A stretch of DNA of 64,000 bases from NCBI GenBank assembly GCA_030148665.1, contig JASBSZ010000008.1:7284-71283 (forward strand). The letters are read 5' to 3'. Position numbers and translations under genes: made by a program. Position 1 is the first letter of the stretch; the number at the start of each line of letters is the position of its first letter. The notes beneath the pieces were generated by a model. The model made no database searches. It worked only from the letters and a program-made list of their open reading frames with translations, and was not told the origin of the DNA. The DNA comes from Alphaproteobacteria bacterium (GTDB taxonomy: Bacteria; Pseudomonadota; Alphaproteobacteria; Rhodobacterales; Rhodobacteraceae). Positions 47,201 to 54,857 of the stretch are shown here, piece after piece.

Positions 47201-47962
47201 CCAGAGCAGCAAGAAGCCCGCATTGTACCAGTCGGCGCTTTCGGGCACGTCGGTCTGTTCGCCCCAGGTCTGGGGGCTGGCCGGCGGCAGGTCGCAATAC
47301 CAGTCATAGAAGGAAAGGCAGGCCCCGCCCAGCAGGCTGAGATAACGCGCGCCGGCGGCGTAGGAAACCATCGACATGGCCGGGATCGGCGAAAAGCCGA
47401 TCACCCGGTCGGGGCCGTGGTTCTTGACGGTATAGGCGTTTGCGGCGGCGATGATTTCCAGCGCCTCGTCCCATTCGGCGCGCACGAAACCGCCCTTGCC
47501 GCGGGCAGACATGTAATCGGCCCGCAGGATCGGATCCGACTGCAGTTTCGCCCAGGCCTCGATCGGGCCCAGCTCCTTGCGCATGCGGCGATAGCTTTTC
47601 AGCAGGCGCGAACGGATCAGGGGCGTCTTTACCCGGTTGGCGGAATACAGATACCAGCTGTAGCTGGCGCCACGGGCACAGCCGCGGGGCTCGTGATTGG
47701 GCATGCCGGGCCGCGTGCGGGGATAGTCGGTCTGCTGGGTTTCCCAGGTCACGATGCCCGACTTGACGTAGATCTTCCAGCTGCACGACCCGGTGCAGTT
47801 CACCCCGTGGGTCGAGCGCACGATCTTGTCGTGGCGCCAGCGGTTGCGATAGACGTCCTCCCAGTCGCGGTTCTCGACCGTGGTCTGCCCGTGGCCATCG
47901 GCAAATGTCCCGACGCGGGTGCTTTTCAGGAAATTCAGTCGATCCAGTAGATGGCTCATCAT
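44219..47962 (-). CDS. narG: Respiratory nitrate reductase alpha (Mo-bisMGD) subunit
   Basis: 1247 aa. HGVNCTGSCSW FS0 motif. GGAGA SD. Confidence 0.95.
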   Translation of the reverse strand: MMSHLLDRLNFLKSTRVGTFADGHGQTTVENRDWEDVYRNRWRHDKIVRSTHGVNCTGSCSWKIYVKSGIVTWETQQTDYPRTRPGMPNHEPRGCARGASYSWYLYSANRVKTPLIRSRLLKSYRRMRKELGPIEAWAKLQSDPILRADYMSARGKGGFVRAEWDEALEIIAAANAYTVKNHGPDRVIGFSPIPAMSMVSYAAGARYLSLLGGACLSFYDWYCDLPPASPQTWGEQTDVPESADWYNAGFLLLWGSNVPQTRTPDAHFYTEARYRGTKSAVISPDYSEAAKFGDIWLAPKQGTDAALAMAMGHVILREFHLDRQSEYFTDYIRRYSDMPMLVRLEERDGRLVPGRMLRAADFDDSLGQDNNPEWKTIALDRKTGNPVAPNGSIGFRWGEKGEWNLEQKSGGKDVELALSLVLDEDHDDVVGVDFPYFGGAATENFTRTDHPEILTRNLPVKKLKLADGEAWVTTVFDLFCANYGLDRGLGGDFVASSYDDDTPFTPAWAEKVTGVPRDRIITVAREFALNAEKTEGRSMVILGAGLNHWYHMDMAYRGIINMLVMCGCIGKSGGGWSHYVGQEKLRPQTGWTPLAFALDWARPPRHMNGTSFFYAHTDQWRYETLKPEEILSPIAPEGDWKETSMIDLNIRAERMGWLPSAPQLRKNPLEVAREASEAGKEIPDYVAQQLKSGDLEMSCEDPDAPDNWPRNMFVWRSNILGSSGKGHEYFLRHLLGTDNGVMGKDLGEEGRQKPIEARWHDEAPKGKLDLLVCIDFRMSTTAVYSDIVLPTASWYEKNDLNTSDMHPFIHPLQAAVDPAYESKSDWEIFKAIARKFSEIVPGYLGEETDIVALPAQHDSPAELAQDQVRDWKKGECDLIPGKTAPAFIPVRRDYPNLYKRFTSVGPLMNKLGNGGKGIGWNTDVEIEHLKELNGVVTEKGVSEGLARIETDIDATEVILMLAPETNGEVAVKAWDALGDHTGRDHTHLARARQDEKIRFRDIAAQPRKIISSPTWSGIESEEVSYNAGYTNVHELIPWRTLSGRQQLYQDHLWMRAFGESLVTWRPPVDLKTITTEVNSSAASNEPHVVLNFITPHQKWGIHSTYSDNLLMLTLNRGGPVVWISEVDAKKAGIKDNDWVEAYNINGALTARAVVSQRMKEGTLFMYHAQEKIVNTPGSQKTGLRGGIHNSVTRATIKPTHMIGGYAQQSYGFNYYGTVGSNRDEFVIVRKLTKVDWLDKPAKTEAAE

Positions 47963-48026
47963 ATGTCTCCGAAGGATTGTAGGTGCCGGCGCACTTTCGC
48001 GCCGGCAGGATGTCTTTGGGCCGTGA

Positions 48027-49634
48027 TCAGGGGTTCTTCACATAGGCGCCGGGGCGCAGGTAGAACCACCAGTTGATGACAATGCACACGGCATAGAAGA
48101 TGGCGAAACCATAGAGCGCATATTCGGGCGTGGCGGCCTTGAGCTGCTCGCCGAACACCTTGGGGATGATGAATGCGCCATAGGCGGCCACTGCCGAGGT
48201 CCAGCCCAGCACGGGGCCGGCCTGCTCCTTGTCGAACACCACCGCGATGGTGCGGAAGGTCGAGCCATTGCCAATACCCGTTGCGGTGAACAGGATCAGG
48301 AACAGGATCATGAAGGGCAGGAAATAGGTTTCCGGCGTGGCCGAGACATAGGCCTTTTGCAGCAGATAGGCCAGCGCCACCGCCGAGGCCACCATCACAA
48401 CCGAGATGATCTGCGTGACCTTCGCACCACCCATCTTGTCGGCGATCATGCCGCCCACGGGGCGGATCAGGGCACCGATGAACGGCCCCATCCAGGCATA
48501 CATCAGCGCCGACGGGCCGTTCGGGTTGACCGTGTCATGGGTCATCACGCCGTTCACAACGAGGTGCTGAAAGCCGAACACGACCTTGATGGTCAGCGCG
48601 AAAGCCGCCGAATAGCCGATGAAGCTGCCGAATGTCATGGTGTAGATGACGGTCATCGCCCAGGTGTGGCGGTTGCCGAAAATCCGGTACTGGCGGGTCA
48701 GGTTCTGGCCCACCTCGCCGGGGATCATCTTGAGCAGGAACACCGTCAGCGCGATCACGATGGGCAGCACGAGCCATTTGCTCAGCATGATGCCGGCGCC
48801 GCCAACCTTGGCCGGCAGCAGCAGCCACAACCCGAATGTCGCGGTGACCAGCCCGATCAGCAGCATGCCGGTAATGATCGAAATCGCCCCGATCGGCCCC
48901 GGAATGTTGGGCGAGACGTGTTCATCGCGGATGTTGTTCATGCCGAACCAGGTCAGGAAGGCCAGCGGGATCAGCGGGATCAGCCAGACAAAGCCGGCAT
49001 TGTGGATATAGGTCAGCGTGCCGGCGGGGATCTTGCCGATCAGCGTGCCCGAGGTGTTGATCAACGCGCGCCCGGCCCCGCCGAACATCGCAACCGTCAT
49101 CACCGCCGGGATCACCACCTGCATGGTGGTCACACCGAAATTGCCCAGACCCGCATTCATGCCCAGCGCATAGCCCTGCACCTTTTTGGGGAAAAAGAAA
49201 CTGATGTTGGACATGGAAGAGGCAAAGTTGCCGCCGCCGATACCCGAAAGCAGCGCCAGAACCTGAAACACCCACAACGGCGTATCCGGGTTCTGCAGCG
49301 CGATGCCGGTGCCCGCGGCGGGCAGGATCAACAGCGTCGTGGTCCAGAAGATGGTGTTACGCCCACCCGCGATGCGGATGAAAAAGGTCGAGGGAATGCG
49401 CAGCGTTGCGCCGGTCAGACCGGCGATGGCGGCCAGGGTGAACAGCTCGGATTTCTCGAAGGGAAAGCCGAGGTTGATCATCTGCACGGTGATGATCCCC
49501 CAGTACAGCCACACGGCAAAGCCGCACAACAGGGCAGGAATCGATATCCACAGGTTGCGGTTGGCGATCTTCTTGCCTGTCGATTCCCAGAACTTCTCGT
49601 CCTCGACATTCCAGTTTCTCAGGTCTTGTCCCAC
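48027..49634 (-). CDS. narK2: Nitrate/nitrite transporter, NarK2-type MFS
   Basis: Start set at GTG 49634 (VGQDLRNWNVEDEKFW...), preceded by AAGGAG at 6-nt spacing. The TTG 49670 of the track ORF has no SD. NNP-family sequence (GGNFASSM..., GNGSTF). Confidence 0.85.
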   Translation of the reverse strand: MGQDLRNWNVEDEKFWESTGKKIANRNLWISIPALLCGFAVWLYWGIITVQMINLGFPFEKSELFTLAAIAGLTGATLRIPSTFFIRIAGGRNTIFWTTTLLILPAAGTGIALQNPDTPLWVFQVLALLSGIGGGNFASSMSNISFFFPKKVQGYALGMNAGLGNFGVTTMQVVIPAVMTVAMFGGAGRALINTSGTLIGKIPAGTLTYIHNAGFVWLIPLIPLAFLTWFGMNNIRDEHVSPNIPGPIGAISIITGMLLIGLVTATFGLWLLLPAKVGGAGIMLSKWLVLPIVIALTVFLLKMIPGEVGQNLTRQYRIFGNRHTWAMTVIYTMTFGSFIGYSAAFALTIKVVFGFQHLVVNGVMTHDTVNPNGPSALMYAWMGPFIGALIRPVGGMIADKMGGAKVTQIISVVMVASAVALAYLLQKAYVSATPETYFLPFMILFLILFTATGIGNGSTFRTIAVVFDKEQAGPVLGWTSAVAAYGAFIIPKVFGEQLKAATPEYALYGFAIFYAVCIVINWWFYLRPGAYVKNP

Positions 49635-49690
49635 GGGTTTTCTCCTTTCGGGATTGATTGCGGCGGGCAACCAGGGCCCGCCGAGTTGTT

Positions 49691-51031
49691 CTATTGGGCA
49701 GGCTTGGCCAGCGGCCCTTCGGGAAGGTCGGACAGCGAGGTATCACCCGCGATTTCGGGAAACTTGCTGCGCTCCATCCGGCGAATGGCAACATGCATCC
49801 AGATGGTGCTGACACCGACCAGCACGAACATCAGCATGAACACCGTGGACCAGACCTGCGTCAGGTCGAGCAGCACGCCAAAGGCGATGGGCAGGAAAAA
49901 TCCGCCAAGCCCGCCGATCATGCCGACCAGCCCGCCAACCGCGCCGACGTGATGCGGATAATAGACCGGGATATGCTTGTAGACTGCGGCCTTGCCCAGG
50001 CTCATCACGAAACCCAGAACCACCGACAGGAACACGAACAGATACAGCGGGATGCCAAAGCTGAACTTGATCAGGTTGGGCGAGCCATCGGGTTTCGGGA
50101 TGCCCTGCACGATATAGGTGGTCTGGGGATAGCTCATCACGAACAGGACGATCAGCGACACGATGAAGGTCAGGTACATGACGAACCGCGCGCCCCATAT
50201 GTCGGCCATCCAGCCGCCCAGCGCCCGAAAGATCGAGCCGGGCAGCGAATACAGCCCCGCAAATATGCCGGCCGCGGCCAGCGACACGCCGTAGGCGCCG
50301 ACGTAATAGTGCGGCAGGAAGGATGCAAAGGCCACGAAACCGCCGAACACGAAGAAATAGTAGGTGGCAAAGCGCCAGACCCGGATATCCTTCAGCGGTT
50401 CGAGCTGGGCCTTGGCCGAAACCGGCTTGCGACCCGTCTTGCGCTGTTGCACGACCACGGGATCGGGTTTGGAAAAGACATAGAACACGATCGCCGTGAT
50501 CACCAGCACGACGGCATAGATCTTGGCCGTGCCCTGCCAGCCATAGGCCAGCACCAGGAACGGCGCGGCAAAGTTGGTAATCGCCGCACCCACATTGCCG
50601 GCCCCGAAGATGCCCAGCGCCGTGCCCTGCTTTTCAGCCGGATACCAGCGCGAAACATAGGCGATGCCGATGATGAACGAGCCACCGGCCAGCCCCAGCC
50701 CCAGCGCCGCCACCAGAAAGACGGCATAGGTGTGGACGGATGCCAGCAACCAGACGCTGATCGCAGTAACCAGCATCTGCAACGGCATCATGATCCGGCC
50801 GCCGATCTGGTCGGTCCACACGCCGAGGAATATCCGGCTGAGCGATCCGGTCAGGACGGGGGTTGCGACCAGCAGCCCGAACTGGGTCTCGCTCAGCCCC
50901 AGATCCTGCTTGATCTTGACCCCGATGATGGAAAAGATCGTCCATACCGCAAAACACACGGTGAACGCCAAAGTACTGAGCCCAAGCGATCTGTACTGGT
51001 CGCTTTTGGTCACGCCTTCCAGGTCATGCAT
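49691..51031 (-). CDS. narK1: Nitrate transporter, NarK1-type MFS
   Basis: ORF trimmed to ATG 51031 (GGAGGA SD; MHDLEGVTKSDQYRSLGLSTLAF...). 446 aa, 12-TM NNP family. TAG stop at 49691-49693. Reading frame differs from narK2. Confidence 0.85.
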   Translation of the reverse strand: MHDLEGVTKSDQYRSLGLSTLAFTVCFAVWTIFSIIGVKIKQDLGLSETQFGLLVATPVLTGSLSRIFLGVWTDQIGGRIMMPLQMLVTAISVWLLASVHTYAVFLVAALGLGLAGGSFIIGIAYVSRWYPAEKQGTALGIFGAGNVGAAITNFAAPFLVLAYGWQGTAKIYAVVLVITAIVFYVFSKPDPVVVQQRKTGRKPVSAKAQLEPLKDIRVWRFATYYFFVFGGFVAFASFLPHYYVGAYGVSLAAAGIFAGLYSLPGSIFRALGGWMADIWGARFVMYLTFIVSLIVLFVMSYPQTTYIVQGIPKPDGSPNLIKFSFGIPLYLFVFLSVVLGFVMSLGKAAVYKHIPVYYPHHVGAVGGLVGMIGGLGGFFLPIAFGVLLDLTQVWSTVFMLMFVLVGVSTIWMHVAIRRMERSKFPEIAGDTSLSDLPEGPLAKPAQ

Positions 51032-51109
51032 CTCATATCCTCCATCCTTGCGGCCCGAACCCACGGGGCCGCGTCGGCGGCACATGACATCCACTTTGCC
51101 TGTCAGTTT

Positions 51110-51123
51110 TTGACCCAGGTCAA
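51110..51123. promoter_or_regulatory. FNR-type box upstream of narK1
   Basis: TTGACccagGTCAA, with perfectly palindromic half-sites. Centre is 85.5 nt upstream of ATG 51031. Confidence 0.7.
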
Positions 51124-51267
51124 GAATTTCACCGGAAAACGGGGGGTTGGGCGTTTTCCCCAATAAAACAAGGGACGCGCGATTTGACGCGCCTCGACAA
51201 TCTGGAAAGTTTTCCCCATATGAGGGAAACATGTGCAGCACGCCATTGACAAAGGAGGCGCGGGCGA

Positions 51268-51281
51268 TTGATTAAGATCAG
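51268..51281. promoter_or_regulatory. FNR-like box immediately upstream of narR
   Basis: TTGATtaagATCAg, one mismatch to TTGAT-N4-ATCAA. Centre is 28.5 nt upstream of ATG 51303, so it is more likely repressive/autoregulatory or belongs to a leader. Confidence 0.45.
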
Positions 51282-51302
51282 CCCGATCAGAGCGAGGAAA
51301 CA

Positions 51303-51992
51303 ATGCCAATCGCGAAATTCGAGGAAATCCGTTCGCTGCCCCTCTTTTCGGGAACCCGAGACGAATCATTCCGCGCCCTCGTCCGGGGCGCCTATGTGCA
51401 GAATTTCCCCCCACATACCGAACTCGCCGTCGAGGGCGAGCCGGCCGATTTCCTGCATATCATCGTGTCGGGCTCGATCGAGCTGTTCAGCCAGTGGCAG
51501 GGACGCGAGACCAGCATGTCGTTCCTGGGCGCGAACGATACCTTCATCCTGGCGGCGACGATCAAGGACCGCCCCTATCTGATGTCGGCCCGGACGCTGG
51601 AAAAATCGCGCGTCATCCTGATCCCCTCCGAGGACATCCGCGAGGTGTTCGAAAACGATGCCGAATTCGCCAAGGCGATCGTCATCGAACTGGCGACCTG
51701 CTATCGGCAGGCCATCAAGTCGGCCAAGAACATCAAGCTGCGCGCATCGCCCGAGCGGGTGGCCAACTATCTGCTGAAACTGCGCTGCAAGAACGGCGGA
51801 GCAGATTGTTTTGCCCTGCCCTTTGAAAAACGGCGGATCGCGGAATTCCTGGGCATGACGCCCGAAAACCTGTCGCGTTCATTCGCCATGCTCAAGTCGA
51901 AAGGCGTATCGGTCAATGGCCAGGAGGTGCATGTCGAGGACATCGACACGCTCACCGAGTTTGCCCATCCCAACCCTCTCATCGACAGCTGA
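51303..51992 (+). CDS. narR: Crp/Fnr-family regulator lacking the FNR N-terminal Cys cluster (NarR-type)
   Basis: 229 aa. cNMP-like domain plus HTH with the ENLSRSF recognition helix (E--SR motif for TTGA half-sites). No Cys in the first 130 residues. Divergent from narK, as narR is in Paracoccus. Confidence 0.75.
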   Translation: MPIAKFEEIRSLPLFSGTRDESFRALVRGAYVQNFPPHTELAVEGEPADFLHIIVSGSIELFSQWQGRETSMSFLGANDTFILAATIKDRPYLMSARTLEKSRVILIPSEDIREVFENDAEFAKAIVIELATCYRQAIKSAKNIKLRASPERVANYLLKLRCKNGGADCFALPFEKRRIAEFLGMTPENLSRSFAMLKSKGVSVNGQEVHVEDIDTLTEFAHPNPLIDS

Positions 51993-52010
51993 CAGCCGGC
52001 CCGGCGGCCC

Positions 52011-52046
52011 GGTGAACGACCCCGTGACCGACCCCGTGAACGACCC
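52011..52046. repeat. 3 x 12-nt tandem repeat in a convergent intergenic spacer
   Basis: ggtgaacgaccc / cgtgaccgaccc / cgtgaacgaccc. Confidence 0.7.
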
Positions 52047-52058
52047 GCCGTCAGGCAA

Positions 52059-53609
52059 TCACATGCCTTGCCTGGCAGCCTCTCTCACCCGCAGCCGGAC
52101 GATGGTAACGGCGACATAGGGCTGGCCGCCGCGATTCAGGATGACCGGACGCAGCAGCTCGGCACCGGGGTCGATCCTGCGCGCCTGGGCCAGCATGTCG
52201 GCCCCGGCCTGCGCCGTTTCTGGCAACAGCGTCGGGCGCAGCAACAGCGCCGTGCCACGCGCCTGCGCCCCCGGCAGATAGGCGAAATGATGCGCGGCGC
52301 CCCCGGGAATGATCCGCATCGGCCGACCGTCGCCCAGCGCACTGGCGATCAGCCCGCCTTCGATCCAGCCCGAGGCCATGATCAGATCGGCATCTTTCCA
52401 CAGGCCCCGCCTTTCCAGCGCCTCCCGCAGGGCGCGATAATCGAAAAGGGCCAGCGTGTTGTCCCATTTCGGCGGCCGTGCAAAGAACGGTCGGGTCAAA
52501 AGGCCCGTATCGGCCTGAAACACGAACATGCCCAGCAGCAGCCACAGCGCCCCGGCGAAGGCAACACTCGAACGCGCCACCCGCCGCCGCAGAGCAGCCG
52601 AGCCCCGCACCAGCCACAGCGCCCCCAGCGGCAATGCGAACTGCCAGCCCGGCATCGCCCAATGGGCCAGAGGGTGGGCCGAGGTCAGGTATATGTAGTT
52701 GAAGATCACGATCGGACCCGACGCGACCAGCAACAACAGCGCCAGATCCGCACGATCGCGCGCGCGCCAGGCCATCCACAACCCTGCAAGGGCCACGAAC
52801 ATGCCGCTCGGCAACAGATACAGCGCCTGCCCGACCAGCATCAGCGCCATGTTCGACAGGCTGACCCCGCCGCCTGCGCGCCCGCCCTGGAACGCAAATG
52901 ATGCCCAGCCATTGCCCATGTTCCACAGGATCACCGGCAACAGCCCCAGCAGGCCCACCCCGGCGGCCAACCACGGCCCCAGATGCACGAACCAACGCCG
53001 GCCGCGCGGGTGAAGGGTCATGAACAGAAGAAAGGCCAGCGGCAACCATGCCGCCTGGTATTTCGAACCCAGCGCCAGCGCCAGCGACAACCCGACCCAT
53101 GTCCAGTCGCGCAGGCGTCCGTCATCGCCCCGTGAATCGCCCCGTGAAAGGATGCGCAACAGGAACATCACCGTCAGCGCGCTGGCCAGATTCAGCGTCC
53201 CGTCGGGCACCGCCAGCAACCCGCCCGACAGCATGAAGAAGGGTGACACCGCATAGAGCGCCGCGCTCCACAACCCGACGCGCGCCCCGCCGATGATTTC
53301 CCCGATCCGGTACATGACCCAGATCGTCGCAAGGCCCGCCACGACAAAGGGCAGACGATGGATCAGCGGATTGTCCAGCCCGGTCAGATCGGCAAGGGCC
53401 ACCGACAGCCAGAAACTGACCGGCGGGTGGTCGAAAAAGCTCAGGCTGTAGCCGCGTGCGACCGCCGTCGCATAGGCCTCGTCCACGATCAGCGGCACGG
53501 CCCAGGCGAGCAGCAGCTTGACCAGCCCCGACACGGCCAGCAGGCGGATCAGCCAGCGCCGCGCCATTGCCGGCGGCAGGTCATGACCGACATTCACGCC
53601 GCCCGCCAT
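52059..53609 (-). CDS. GT-C fold glycosyltransferase, ArnT / GT39-like (polyprenyl-phosphate-sugar dependent)
   Basis: 516 aa. ~10+ TMs. N-terminal ...VDEAYATAVARGYSLSFFDHPP... resembles the ArnT/PMT DE-motif loop. Starts 3 nt after the GT2 stop (alternative ATG 53567). Confidence 0.7.
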   Translation of the reverse strand: MAGGVNVGHDLPPAMARRWLIRLLAVSGLVKLLLAWAVPLIVDEAYATAVARGYSLSFFDHPPVSFWLSVALADLTGLDNPLIHRLPFVVAGLATIWVMYRIGEIIGGARVGLWSAALYAVSPFFMLSGGLLAVPDGTLNLASALTVMFLLRILSRGDSRGDDGRLRDWTWVGLSLALALGSKYQAAWLPLAFLLFMTLHPRGRRWFVHLGPWLAAGVGLLGLLPVILWNMGNGWASFAFQGGRAGGGVSLSNMALMLVGQALYLLPSGMFVALAGLWMAWRARDRADLALLLLVASGPIVIFNYIYLTSAHPLAHWAMPGWQFALPLGALWLVRGSAALRRRVARSSVAFAGALWLLLGMFVFQADTGLLTRPFFARPPKWDNTLALFDYRALREALERRGLWKDADLIMASGWIEGGLIASALGDGRPMRIIPGGAAHHFAYLPGAQARGTALLLRPTLLPETAQAGADMLAQARRIDPGAELLRPVILNRGGQPYVAVTIVRLRVREAARQGM

Positions 53610-53612
53610 CGG

Positions 53613-54857
53613 TCAGGATTTCCACGTGACCAGCGCGCTGGCAACGAAATTCCACAACGCGCCGACAAGGGCGCCCGCAAAGCCGGCCAGCGCCCAGAAC
53701 GGCAGCACCGCGTAAACCGCCGTCGCAACGCCGACATTGGCAACGGCACCGATCGAACAGACACCGTAAAAGCTGAACAGACCCCGCAGAAACTGCCACC
53801 CCCTGAGGGTGCGATCCTTGTAGGTCAGGGCGTTGTTCAGCATGAAATTCGTCGTCATCGCCACCACCACGGCAATTGTCTGGGAAAGGGCGAAACGGTC
53901 GGGCATCACCCCCAGGGCGAGACGCAGGACAATCAGGTTGACGACCAGACCCGACAGGCCGACCAGCATGAACATGACAAAGCGGATCGACACCATGCCG
54001 CCGGTTGCGCGCACCAGGAGCAGGCCCAGAAATTCCAGCGCGACGGCGCTGTCCATCTTGCTCTCGCCGAACTGGCGCGCACGAAAGACATAGGGCACCT
54101 CGGCCACCTTCCAGCGCCCTCCGCTGGCCGACAGCATGTCGGCAAGGATCTTGAACCCCCGCTTCTGAAGCCCCACCACCACGGAATTGAAACTTTCGCG
54201 CCGGACCATGAAAAATCCGCTCATCGGATCGGTTGCGGTGATGCGCAGCAGCCTGCGCGCAATTCCGGTGGCGGTATCGCTGCCCCATTTTCGCAGACGC
54301 GACAGACCGCTGCCGCTGGAGCCACCCTCGACATTGCGGCTGGCAATCACCAGGTCGAGATTGTCATCGGCCTGCATCATTTCCAGCATGCGCGGCAGGA
54401 TGGTTTCGTCATGTTGAAGATCGCCATCCATGACCGCCACGATCGGGGCCACGCTGGACAGGATGCCCTCGATACAGGCCCCGGCCAGACCGCGCCGGCC
54501 GATCCGGTGGATCACGCGCACATCGGGTTTCTCGCGGGCAACGGCGCGCACCTCGCGGGCGGTGCCGTCGGGGCTGTCATCATCGACAAAGACGACCTCC
54601 CAGCGATGGCCATGCAATGCCTTTTCCAGCAGCGCGACCAGCGGACGGACATTTTCCCGTTCGTTGAAGGTGGGGACCACGATCGTCAGTTCGGGAACCA
54701 TGATTTTCCGTTCGTTCGGGGGCAATTCGGGCGGGGGCAATTCGGGACCATTCGTTGCGGGCGGATTCTGGGCGCTTCCTTCAACCAAATGGCCGGCCTT
54801 GGCAAGGGGGGCCTGTCGTTCCGACGGGGCGGTTCGGTTATCTGCGGGGCGGCTCAT
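53613..54857 (-). CDS. GT2 polyprenyl-phosphate glycosyltransferase fused to a GtrA-like C-terminal membrane domain
   Basis: [18 protein letters not shown] and DGDLQHD (DXD) motifs, plus a 4-TM GtrA-like tail. Start is ATG 54857 (ATGA overlap with the murD stop) or ATG 54701 ([14 protein letters not shown]). The first 52 codons have weaker codon bias. Confidence 0.75.
   Translation of the reverse strand: MSRPADNRTAPSERQAPLAKAGHLVEGSAQNPPATNGPELPPPELPPNERKIMVPELTIVVPTFNERENVRPLVALLEKALHGHRWEVVFVDDDSPDGTAREVRAVAREKPDVRVIHRIGRRGLAGACIEGILSSVAPIVAVMDGDLQHDETILPRMLEMMQADDNLDLVIASRNVEGGSSGSGLSRLRKWGSDTATGIARRLLRITATDPMSGFFMVRRESFNSVVVGLQKRGFKILADMLSASGGRWKVAEVPYVFRARQFGESKMDSAVALEFLGLLLVRATGGMVSIRFVMFMLVGLSGLVVNLIVLRLALGVMPDRFALSQTIAVVVAMTTNFMLNNALTYKDRTLRGWQFLRGLFSFYGVCSIGAVANVGVATAVYAVLPFWALAGFAGALVGALWNFVASALVTWKS

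Noticed and set aside
44339-47950. 1203-aa ORF on the plus strand opposite narG. Similar long antisense ORFs: 3021..4886, 24178..25671, 29583..31394, 33771..35465, 48357..49952, 49658..51166, 53358..55052, 19425..20882, 57791..59215.
   Set aside because: Their translations are Arg/Gly/His/Asp/Pro-rich low-complexity strings with no recognisable motifs. Each lies exactly opposite a gene with unmistakable family signatures. These are typical stop-poor shadow frames of high-GC DNA.
49635-49670. TTG 49670 as the narK2 start, which would leave only 20 nt to narK1.
   Set aside because: There is no SD before the TTG. AAGGAG sits 6 nt before the in-frame GTG 49634, which is therefore preferred.
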